Positions 21,780 through 33,302 of a stretch of DNA of 64,000 nucleotides are shown here, in pieces. Where the stretch lies: contig CP075494.1 in NCBI GenBank assembly GCA_021613535.1, forward strand, positions 10,912,001-10,976,000, read 5' to 3'. Made by a program: the position numbers and the translations under genes. The notes under the pieces are model-generated. The model saw nothing but the letters and a program-made list of their open reading frames with translations, was not told the origin of the DNA and did no database searches. The stretch is from Adineta vaga. Lineage: Eukaryota > Animalia > Rotifera. Position 1 is the first letter of the stretch. Each line of letters begins with the position of its first letter.

Positions 21780-21886
21780 GCTTATTACAACTTACGAAGA
21801 GGTATATATCGATATGGAAACAAATACAGGTTGCGATGACGATATCATGCAGAATGGTGTTTTACTCCGATCTGCCAGAGCAACAC
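21780..21886 (+). ncRNA. SL RNA gene, class D
   Basis: Copy of 2851-2957. Confidence 0.83.
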
Positions 21887-22248
21887 TTTTTATAAAATAT
21901 AAATGGAAAATAATACGAGAGTCGTTCTCATACATTAACAATCAATCAATTGAACAAGTTATTTTATATATGTGCAATGCTATTTTTCTTTGATGAAAAG
22001 ATGTAGAACAATAAGAATTGAAATAGTATAAGTATTTCATCTACTGGATTTATTTCGAATATATGTAATTATAGTATAATTAAATAACAGTTGCTTTGTC
22101 AAAATAAGATGTATCGATTATGATGATGGTTATTAGAAGTGAACAAGTATTTGTTTAACATTCTTTCACTCTTTTATTATTTGTCCCGAGACATTTTCTT
22201 TGTATTGAATTTGTTGATAGAATGATTCCCGTTGTCCCGAAGGAAAAC

Positions 22249-22443
22249 GGGAGTGGACCGAACTCGACGGCACTGCAGTGTCGAGACGATCCATGGCACA
22301 GGTCCGAGTGAACTCGGGTGATCCTGGCCCATGTCCAAAAATCTGCTTGAAAGAGCCTGGCCTCAATGAGACCAGCGCCGGCTTTCAAACCGACGAGAAC
22401 AGATACTACACTTTGATCTTAGCCGAAAAGGCCGAGAAGCGAT
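22249..22443 (-). ncRNA. U2: U2 snRNA, major type
   Basis: Full set of U2 motifs. Confidence 0.95.
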
Positions 22444-22565
22444 AACTAACTACAACATTTCTTTTCTCTTTTCTCCACCAAGTCTGCACACATTTCACGT
22501 TTAGTTTACATCGATGAAAACAGTCATCGAATTATTTCGAAAAGGAAAGAAAAAAGGAGAAAGTT

Positions 22566-22670
22566 GCTTATTACAACTTACCAAGAGGTATATATCGAAA
22601 AAGATAAAATACATGTTGCGATGACGAAATCAAGCGGACCGGTAGTAATACTGAACCGCCAGAGCAACAC
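22566..22670 (+). ncRNA. SL RNA gene, class A exon with an altered 3' hairpin; the partner SL gene and shared spacer are missing
   Basis: Exon 22566-22587 plus GT; hairpin GCGGACCGGTA-GTAA-TACTGAACCGC. Confidence 0.8.
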
Positions 22671-23053
22671 TCTTTCTTTAGTAATAGAAATGTAATTATT
22701 TAGAAAGTAAGATATAGAAATATAATAATCTATATAGTCAATCGTTTAAGAAACTATTACTGTCAAGAAGAACGATTTGTGAGATGAAATCAATGACGAA
22801 ACAATGAATGTTTTTTACAAAACCTCGACATCTGTTAATTTATTATGTAAACACTGGTTTTCTTTCTTACAGAAGGAAAAAGATAAACTGATGGAGTCAC
22901 ATCAAAATACAAAATAAAAGAAAACAAAAAAAAAAAGTATATAAAATAAAAGAAGCTCTTATGATAAAACGTCAAAAAAAAATTAAAATTAAACGTGTTT
23001 GTACAGGCAAGTAACCGGGATAGAATTTTGTGCGTTGAAATATTTTTGATTTT

Positions 23054-24165
23054 TTAATGTGCAGCGGTTCTGGAACGAGCGACATGGCCAATCAGATAAA
23101 TATTATCATAGAGATGACCAGCTAATTCATCACTTAATGTTCCATTAATTATGGCACGACGTGTATTTCGAATAAATTCACGTTTTGACATTTTATTTTT
23201 GACATGTGGTGATGTAAGATCAATAGAAAGAAGAATCAATGAAAAACATAGTACGTAGATGGTTTCTAAAGAAGAAAGAAAAGATTGGATAATGAATTGG
23301 CTTTTTGAGAATGATATATAAACGTACCAATAGATAAACCAAGACCTCTATTACAATCATGGAAACGTTTGGAGAAATTTTCAATCAAAAGCGATAGGTA
23401 TTCATTTCGATCTTCAGGTGCATCAAGTTTCGAAAAGAATTGTCGAAGAGCATTGGGTAAAAATTGATTTTCATACGATTGAAGTTCAATAAGACGTTCC
23501 AATATATCACGACTAAAGAAAAGATATTGAATAGATGATACTAAAACGTTTATTCTTACCGTGTTTGTAATAATTTACGTTTTTCAATAGCACGTAATTT
23601 TCTTGTATTATGAATGAATTGACATATTTCTTCGCAATCATCATCAAGTAATCGATTTTCAATAAAATATTGTAAACCCTATTCAAAATAAGATCACAAT
23701 CAATTCGAAGAATAAAATAAATCTTTTCATACTTGGCCAGCATTGAATCTTAATGTGCCTTCATCGAGTTGTAAATAAATTTTTCGAAATGAAATACCTT
23801 CATTTTGAGCTCGTTTATAAACAGATGAATAACCCCAATTTGATTTGCATAATCTTCAAAGAAAAAAGAAGTACATATTTATCAAATCAATTCAGTTATT
23901 TGACGTACTGAAGCCAAAGTATTTCATCATTTGCTAATGTTTGCCAAACACATGCTGCAAGACATAGATCAGTTGCATTTAAATTTCTAAAAATTTGTAA
24001 AGCTAATTCAGGTGGTAATTGAGATATATCGGAAATTTTCATGACTAAAATCGAAAATAATGAGAAAAGAATTTGTATTTTTGAATGAATCAAATATCTA
24101 CTTTGATTTTCAGCATGCGATGTTAGTGTCGACTCGGCAAATTGTCGATCGAAGATTTGACCCAT
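23054..24165 (-). CDS. FBXO8: F-box only protein 8 (F-box plus Sec7-like domain), multi-exon
   Basis: MGQ start; F-box LPPELALQIFRNLNATDLCLAACVW; LSIDLTSPHVKNKMSKREFIRN. Confidence 0.92.
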
Positions 24166-24624
24166 CGTTTCTGATTCAAATCAAGTTTTAATCGAACAAA
24201 TATGTAGCCGAGCCGACTTTCTACGGTGACGTGGACAAGAGATGTCGACGTGGAAAGGTGAGTCGTAAGTGTGTCAGATTATATTATATATATTTTTTTC
24301 TTTTTGCTTTATTTGTTGAGGAAAAGGAAAGCAAAAAATTGAACAAGTTTGTTTTTCTATCACTTCTGATTGGTCGCATAGAAAAACCAATGAGAATAGA
24401 TTTAATTAATTATTTTAGATAAATTTGCAAATTAAATTCGAATTTTCATCAATTCTAATTCATTTTTATTTAGTCTCTAGTATTCAAATAAATCTCATTT
24501 CCTTGTTCAATAATTTAGTTGCTATGTAACTCATTTGTAAAACGAATACTAATGGCGTTTACTTTTAACAACGTGTTGTTTAGAAACAAATAGTTAGACA
24601 TTTCATTTAGTCGAAACGATAATC

Positions 24625-25662
24625 ATGTCAATCATTCCACCTTCTGGTTCACTCGTTCGTTTTGATAATCCAACACTGATAACATCACAAAATGATAAAG
24701 ATCGTAAAGGTGCCGGTTCTAATAAACAAACAGCAGCATTAGATCAACAAATGATGGATGTTAGTGGTGGTGGAACAGGTTCACCACGAGTACCAAAGAA
24801 ACAAGCAGCAATGAAAGATTTATCATTGGAAGAAATACTTGATAAAATTCTTCCACCAAAGTAAGAATTCTGTTTTATTAAATAACATTCGTCCATATAT
24901 ATTTTTTTTGCCAAACTACAATAGAATTACTAAAGATCCAAATAATGCTGATTTACTCTATTGTCAACGTATTTCATCAACACCAGCAACACGTCTCGAT
25001 GTTATCAATTTACAAGAACAATTAGATATGCGTTTACAACAACGACAAGCTCGAGAAACTGGCATCTGTCCAGTTCGACGTGAACTTTTTTCACAATGTT
25101 TTGGTAAGAAAAACAAAATCACTTGTAACAATTTCTTTCTATGGATTTTCTTCATAGATGAACTTATTCGACAAGTTGCTATCAATTGTGCTGAACGTGG
25201 TTTACTTCTTCTTCGTGTACGAGATGAACTTCAAATGACTTTACGTGCGTATCAAACACTCTATGAAAGTAGTGTAGCATTTGGTATGCGTAAAGCATTA
25301 ATGGCTGAACAAGGCAAATCGGAATTAGAACGAAAAGTATGTAATGAATTCATTGGAATATTTATTTTTTCAAATTTGTTTATTTTGCTAATGAATAGTT
25401 GGTACAACTTGAAGAAGACAAACGTGATCTTGAACGACAATTGAAAGAAACAAAATCTAATGCTGAAGCTACTGAAAAGAAATTGAATGAACAACGACAA
25501 GTTGAAGAAAGAAAACATATGGAAGAGATAAATTTCTTGAAAAAAACAAATCAACAATTAAAGGTAAGATCTAATTCAATATAGAATTCTATTTATCATA
25601 CTTTTGTTTTTATCTTTTACTCTTAGGCTCAATTAGAAGGATTAATTGCACCCAAGAAATAA
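24625..25662 (+). CDS. DNALI1: Axonemal dynein light intermediate chain p28, multi-exon
   Basis: RQARETGICPVRRELFSQCF, ERGLLLLRVRDE, YESSVAFGMRKAL; ends AQLEGLIAPKK*. Confidence 0.95.
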
Positions 25663-25879
25663 TTCAACTGATAAAGAGAATTTATTGTATACATTTATCA
25701 ATGATAACATCACGTTTTTGTGCGATTTTATTTTTCTCTTTCTCTTTCTCTCTTTTCTCCACAACAACAAATCTTAAATAAGTTCTTATTGAATGTAATA
25801 GAATTTATTTATAATAAAAATGATATTCATCAATTCTGACATTTCCTTGTAATTGTTATTTAGAAGATACATCATCATT

Positions 25880-26994
25880 CTAGTTATGAACTGTTGCTGT
25901 TGCTCGTTTGCGTACATTGATTTCATCAGGAAGTGCTGCAGTAGTGACACCGTTCTCTCGATTGTTCAGAAAGAAGTTGACGAAACGATTGTGAGTTAAT
26001 AATTTTTTAAAATCCTTCCGAAATATGTGTGATGTAAGTGTATAAATATAAAATGTTGCTGAAAAATTGACATGGAGAAATGTATAGACAAATGTCATAT
26101 ATAAATTGTCCGAAGCTATCTGAGTAGTCGATTTTACAGAATACATCGTGATTGTTGCATACAGTAAGTACGATACGAATGGTAATGTTGTGATAATATA
26201 AACACATTGTTGAACAAAGATCATAAAGAATAACTGATAATCATGCTTTCTTTTGTTCATAATATTATTGCCCAATATTTGATTGATGGGTGCTGTGTTC
26301 AGAGCAATACGTCCTTGAAGTCGTTTTACATTTCGAACTGTTAACATACTAAAAATCATCATCAACATTGGAATAAAAATGCCTGACAGTATGGTATTGT
26401 AGATGTTATAAAACTTTGTATATGTATCAGAACTAATCACACAACGATCTAAAGCATACAAACAATGGAAGAGATTGATAATAGGGACTTTTTCTTTGAC
26501 TTACCTCGAACAATATCTTGATAGAATAATACATGAATGAACGATAAAGCGCATACGATTGCAATGGATGGAATGACTACTTTTGGAATCTTCATATTGC
26601 TCATGGCTCGTTGTCGAACAACTGTGGATGTCATAGCCCATCGATCTATACAGGCTAAGACAATATAAGCTCTTGACAACAATGTTATCATTTGAACGAT
26701 ATATGCACGAAATTTACAGAAAAAAGTGGATGTCTTTGTTGGATCAATATTAAATCCAGTTAACAGACGAAATAAAACCACAATATTGATGATGAATAAG
26801 TTAGTGATGGTTGATGCAAGAATGTAACACGAACATGAGTTTCGTAGATAGTTTCGTTGAGTGAGAATTAAGATATTTAGAATGGAACCAATATTACCAA
26901 GAATGAAGATAGTAGAATATCCATAGACTGAAATATAATTTTGAATGAGGGCAAGATTAGTAAGAAATGGATCCACTGTTGTTGTATTGGACAT
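25880..26994 (-). CDS. Rhodopsin-like GPCR (orphan, lineage-expanded type), 2 exons
   Basis: GNIG in TM1, CKFR before TM3, ACIDRW, FYIYTLTS..FR; seven hydrophobic segments. Confidence 0.85.
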
Positions 26995-27997
26995 ACCGAT
27001 GGAGAGTATTGATATCAAATGATAGAAATCTGTAAAATTACTTTGTAATTTAAAATAGCATTTGCGTCATAGCTGTTTATGACAGATGTCAACAAAAAAG
27101 GATAAGAGATTTATAATGTTACGATAGTAGTTATTTTGACTTTTCCTACACTTTATATAAAAGACTGCATACAGTTTTATCAGATAATTTAGATCTCCGT
27201 TATGTTGTAGTATTATTAAAACAAATATTCTACGAACTGTAGAGTGCTAGTAGCAACATGTCTCTTTTTATGCACTGTCTATATAGAACTCCATCGATTG
27301 TAGTACATCTAACCCAGTGGGTTGTTTCATTGACGTAAAAAGGCTTACATGAAACTATTTTTTTCCTATCATTCTCAGATATACTTTGAGCTCGACGGCT
27401 TTGAAGATTATATTTCTACTTCGTATTCATGAAGTAATGACAGAAGCAATACTAGTAACAGTTTATAATATTACATCCAGGTTATTATTAATTACACATT
27501 ACATAGATGTCATATATATATGTTCTCCTGCGAATTTAAGAAACATTTGTGTACTACAGCTCTTAAAAAAACATCGATTCCTTTTTGATAGTCCTGAATT
27601 ATGTTATCCAATACATAAGTGATACTCATACACACTCAAGATGAATATATTTCTTACTAGAAATTCTTGATTTATAAGTCAACTGGACACGTGTATTTGT
27701 TAAAAGAAATAACCGTGAGGTCTAATAACGTCATTTATTTTTCTTTGCTGAACTTGTCCCATAAATAATGAACTCATATAGTTATATTGAATGACACAAG
27801 AAAAGGAAGTATGCATATATAGACAATTGAATTGAATTGAATTCAATAATACAGCGCCCTCTCTTTTTGTTAACGATAACCGTTGAGACATTGTCCATTC
27901 AAATGTTTAAAATTTTCCTTTGATTCATTTCAATTACAACTTCAACTTCGTCTTAAATCTTTCTTAACTTCTGTTCTACCTCTATTCATAGATAAAA

Positions 27998-29918
27998 ATG
28001 AGCAGTGGAAAAAAACAACAAAGTAATTCTTCTATTGAATATTCGTTTGTTTTTCTCAATGTGTTCTATTTCATAGAAAAACGAAAGCGTCACTCATCGT
28101 CATCACCACCACCGTTAATAAAATCTCACATAGCTCGACGATTAGAAAAAATACGTCATGGACGAACTAATCTTTGGGATGATGATGATGACGAAGAAGA
28201 AGAAGAGAATAATGTCGTTGATGAACAACCCAAAACAAAACATAACCGAAAATCATATATTATGCGGTCAGATTCCGATGAAGAAAGACCATCGAAATCG
28301 TCACAACGACGATTACGAAGTTCAAAATCAAGAAAAAAAACTTCACGACATCATCGTGAATCGGCAACGTGTTTAATCTGTTCTATTCTCTCTCAATTAT
28401 CAACATACAATTGTTGTTCAACACATTTATCTCTTCTTAAAAATCCTCCTCCACAACAAACAACACATTCTCGGCGATTACCAGAACGAGTGAGGTTTGT
28501 ACCGATGACAGATCATCTTGTACAACGTTATTTTGATCCACAGTCTCGAAGACGAACATCAACATCACCAATAACTCAACCATCGGTGAGTGAACAACAC
28601 ACTGAGTGATTTTTACTGATGAAGATTTTGTTTGATATGTTAAAAGACACGAAAATCATTGAATAAATCAACAATGACACCAAATTCTTCTGACGTACGT
28701 CGATCGATGAAAACTACTTCAAAATCCGTAACAAAGTAAGTTTAATACAACATAATCTCTGTAGTCCTTTTTCATTATATCATCATGCTATTTTGTAGAT
28801 CTTCTCAGGCTGATATTCGACCACTTGCTTCGACTATTGTCATTGAACCAGCACAATCCAATTCATCTGATATAGCCAATACAACTGTTACTTCATCTTC
28901 ATCACCACCACCACCAGCGATTCATGATGTAGCGAATGGAGATCCAATGGAACAATCACGTATACAAACAATTACTATTGATGATACAGAACAAGATATT
29001 TCATTAGTACATTCTACTCATGATCGTAAACAAATTGATTTATGGACAGAAATAAGTGAAGAAACTGATGCTGCTCTCGAACGTGTATTAGATCAGATTG
29101 AATCATTTTCTAATTCACCACTTGAATTTACACCAGCAACAGCTCGACGAACTCATACAGAAACTATGGCAGCTCGTCTACCGAAAATACCATTGAAACA
29201 AGGTCGTTTTCGTAATGGTAGACCTATTAATAATCATCCAACAACCAATGGAGCTAATGAATATCGTCCATCTGTAAATGTTCAAACTTCTCCTCCAAGT
29301 TCATCCGTTGTTACTACTCGGTAAAATATTGAATGAATATTATCTCATAGAAAAATTATATTCTCTTTTGATTCAAAAGTGATGTTTCGTCTCCACCATT
29401 ACAAACAACATCTTCCGTTCGAAATGGATCAACAGGTCAAATACTCAATCGATCTGAAAATCGTACCGATCATCATGACATATTCACACAAGATGAAAAT
29501 TATCAAGATACTAATAATTCAATAACAACACAAACTAACGAAGGTTAATAAATATTGATGACTACTATTTCATGTTAAAATATGTTTTTGACCATTTTTG
29601 TAGCTCTCGCTTCTATGAGTAACGAAAATTCTGATCTAGAAATCGAAATCAATCGATCAAATGGTAATATATCTCATACTTCAACGATAGTCAAAGGAAA
29701 AGGTACACCATCAAGATTATCTATTCGTTTCAATCCTGATGGTTCACAAGTGAAAATATCGAAACCACCATTACCGATTGATAATCGTCGATCATCATCA
29801 ATCAGTTCTTTACGCCGAGTAAGAAATTACATATTTCATTTTTACTCCAAAAATTTCCTTATTTGTTTAGACATCCACTGATGTAACTCCTATTCAATCG
29901 AACACAAAACAAATGTAA
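27998..29918 (+). CDS. Uncharacterised Ser/Thr/Pro/Arg-rich, probably disordered nuclear protein, multi-exon
   Basis: Chain of open frames separated by ~55-nt GT-AG introns; KRKR signal, acidic run and a small C..C...CC..H cluster. Confidence 0.65.
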
Positions 29919-30272
29919 ATATTTTAGCTCTTATGTGTACTTGTATATATTTATATATAGTTTATGGTGTTTTTTGTTTTGTTTTCTGAGCTATATAGAT
30001 AAAAGAAAATAACATATTGTTTATTCAGGTTGACGAAAAAGAATCCTTTTAATACCATTCTATTTTTTGAAAAAGGAATCAGTGTGTGTACGGAAAGATT
30101 CGAAGACATTAGAATGAGTATAATGCACATTTTGATCGAGAGAGGTCACTCTTATCAAATGATTGTAGTCCAAAAGTTTTAACATTCATTATTTATTAAA
30201 ATTATGTCGAGATACATTTCCAAGTTCATCTATATGTGTGAATAGCAATTTAACACGAACATATTTATTTAT

Positions 30273-32093
30273 TTATTTCATTAAAAAAAAAGAGAAAAGA
30301 ACAGAAAAGTGCACCAAAATGATCATAACAATTTTCAAAAGCATATCATTCTTGGAAAAATAGCGATTCATATTTGAAGATATCTGGACAACAGAATGTT
30401 GATTACATCCATTATTTTCACATGTACGACTACAGAAAAAATCTAATGTTGAATCTAAATCAATACTTGTCACAGGTGGATCACATTCATGTCGAACAGC
30501 TTGAATCATAGAACAACCACGATGTATATGCAATCCTAGATAAGAAGAAGAAGAAGAAAAAAAAAGACAAGGCAATTCAAATATGTAATCATAACAGTTT
30601 ACATTCATTCTATTACGTCTTTCGATTAAACAACGAATGAAAAAAAAAGGAAAACGAAAAGATCAAATATTTACCACGTGAAAACAAAAAAAGTGATTAT
30701 AATTTAAGCTTCAAATAAAAAATTCTATTCACAATACCATTTTGACTTCCTTTCGAATGGCAACAACACAATCAACAAATCGAATTATCATGGTTCGACC
30801 AGCTTGTTTCTGTTTTAATACAGAAACTGCTGTTTCAAATGCATTCCAAAATGATCAATATGCTGTTTTATCATCAGTCAATCAAATTCAAGAACGTGCT
30901 GTTATTGAATTTGATCGTATGGTCGAGCAACTTCGTTCACATGGTGTTCATGTTGATGTTTTTGAAGATACATCGACACCGATTAAACCTGATGCTATCT
31001 TTCCTAATAATTGGTTTTCAACACATTCCGAAGGTGCCATTGTTCTCTATCCAATGTTAGCAACTAATCGTCGATTAGAACGTCGTGATGATCTTATTAA
31101 AATCCTCGCTCAAACACATTATGTTACTGCTGTAATTGATTTAGGTGTATATGCATATCGAAATCAATTTCTTGAAGGTACTGGTTCTTTAGTACTCGAT
31201 CGAATCAACAAAATAGTTTATGCTGTTCGATCACCACGTACACATGATGCAGTTATTGAACATTTTACAAAATTAATGGATTATCAACAGCCAGCAATTA
31301 TATTTGATAGTGTTGATAGTCATCAAAAACCTATCTATCATACAAATGTGATGATGGCAATTGGTACACATATTGCTATCATATGTTTACGGTCAATTGT
31401 GGATGAAAACAAACGGAAATTTGTTATTCAATCACTTGAACAGAATGGAAGTCGACAAGTAGTTGATATTACATTTGAACAAATGAATCATTTTGCTGGG
31501 AATATGTTAGAAATACGAAATAATAAAGGAGAATATCTGTTAGTCATGTCAAAATCAGCATACGATTCGTTAACATCTGTACAACAACAAATGATTGAAA
31601 AAACAAATACAAAATTAGTTTATTTCGATGTTTTAACAATTGAACAATGCGGTGGTGGGAGTGTTCGATGTATGATTGCAGAAAATTTTCTCATACCAAC
31701 TATCTAATAATGAATTCTTTTTTCTTTCTTTCTTTCTTTCTTTCTTTTTCATTATTAATGAAGTAAAATTCTAATAATTAATAGTATTAATCTTACCTCC
31801 ATTGCCATTTAGACTTATTCTATAGAGAGCAGATATACAATTCAGATAAGGTTTTTTAGTCTCATTAGTTGATTGTTCACATAGAACAGGTGTTAATGTT
31901 CCATCTAAACAGGAATGATCCCAATTTTGTGCAACACGTTCAATGGGACTAGTACATTGAATACATGCCAATTCTAAACCTAGACAAAAAGAAAAAGCTC
32001 ATTCGATTTGATTTTTGTTGGACAAAATTCCCTACTTGGACAAATGAAATATCCCAAAAGTAACAAAATTAATCGATTCGCCTGTAATGGCAT
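30273..32093 (-). CDS. Ly6/uPAR (three-finger, quiver-like) GPI-anchored protein, 3 exons (~32093-32034, ~31981-31796, ~30536-30273)
   Basis: Signal peptide, CIQC...C...C...C, RGC, C..TC..NGCN, hydrophobic C-terminus. Confidence 0.78.
30757..31707 (+). CDS. Amidinotransferase/pentein-fold hydrolase, CtlX-like (bacterial type), intronless
   Basis: IMVRP..F.FN.ETA..N.FQ, PDAIFPNNWFSTH, FLEGTGSLVLDR, IYHTNVMM, IE..GGGSVRCMIAE. Confidence 0.88.
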   Translation: MATTQSTNRIIMVRPACFCFNTETAVSNAFQNDQYAVLSSVNQIQERAVIEFDRMVEQLRSHGVHVDVFEDTSTPIKPDAIFPNNWFSTHSEGAIVLYPMLATNRRLERRDDLIKILAQTHYVTAVIDLGVYAYRNQFLEGTGSLVLDRINKIVYAVRSPRTHDAVIEHFTKLMDYQQPAIIFDSVDSHQKPIYHTNVMMAIGTHIAIICLRSIVDENKRKFVIQSLEQNGSRQVVDITFEQMNHFAGNMLEIRNNKGEYLLVMSKSAYDSLTSVQQQMIEKTNTKLVYFDVLTIEQCGGGSVRCMIAENFLIPTI

Positions 32094-33302
32094 TGTTCTA
32101 TCTATGAAAGAAAAGAAAAATGCGTCTAAACGTGATACAAATAAAAAAGAGAATATTATATATAAGTCGATAAGCAAATAAATCAAAACGGATGAAAAGA
32201 CAAAAAAGAACGTCGGAAATAAATCTTTTTCTCGCCTTGCGATGCGTACTGTTGAATCATTCATAAATAAAGAAAGAAGTGTCTACATATGGCAAACATA
32301 TATAAAGAGAGAAAAAAAATTTAGAATTACAGAGAAAAAAATGTTCGACTTTTTTCGTGTCGTATTATCAAAATAAGCTGACAGTCATTCTTTCGAAAGA
32401 ATAATTTTGTTAAAAGAACAATGTTTTCCTATTATTTCTCTTCTTTTCTCTAAACTATTCTTGAACATTCTCATATTCTCCTGATCTATGAAATATTCTT
32501 AATTACTTATACTTTTCCAATGATAATTAAAAGCCCTAAGTTGAAAAACAAATGAATTATTTAATTTTAGAACCTAAGATGGCTGAAAGATATGAAAGCA
32601 AAGAACTTTAAATATTCACACAAGAAAAAGTTCAATTAGACTCATTGCACGACTTCATTTAAGTAAAAACAAGGAAGCTGATAATGATGGATTACAAATA
32701 TAGTCGTTTTGCTAAACTGTAGATTATTTCGGATGATTCAAATGAAAATAATTAATCTTTTTTAAGTTCAAAGTTTAATTTGATGAGAAAGAAAAAGAAC
32801 TTGATTATTTACTTCGATATTTTTATTCTATTTGTTTTCGGGTAGAATATACTTTTGTTGATCATTTGTTAATATAATGAATAATATAATAGAATTTTCT
32901 ATTCGATTATATAGGTAAGAAAATAGATGAATACAACGATAGTTTTTCTTTCGTAAAAAATTCCAAGTGCTTGTAAAATAAACATCAATCATTGTTCGTT
33001 CGTTCGTTCGATGTCGACTACAAATATATTCATCATTATTACTATTGGCAAAAGCAAACATTTTTATGACTTATGATGAATGATCTATAATCATTTTCTT
33101 CAAGAATAATTGTCGAAGTTTTTTTCAAACAATAATTACCATTAAAAAATATGTTGTCTATTGAACAAAAGTGACATCTTATTTTATTGAACAACGATGG
33201 TTGTAATTTAATAACCAATAAATATTGTTTATACGACTTCCTATATAAATACACCTTCACCTGATTTGCTTTTTCAACAGGTATCTAATTTGACAGAATA
33301 TC

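Larger units (their letters stand above)
19770..22470. repeat. Direct duplication, copy 2
   Basis: Collinear with 848-3590. Confidence 0.9.

Noticed and set aside
848-22670. The ~105-bp inverted pairs as MITE terminal repeats or a CRISPR-like array
   Set aside because: They carry the SL exon, a GT donor and covarying RNA stems; there are no TSDs, no repeat-spacer periodicity and no cas genes, and the DNA is eukaryotic
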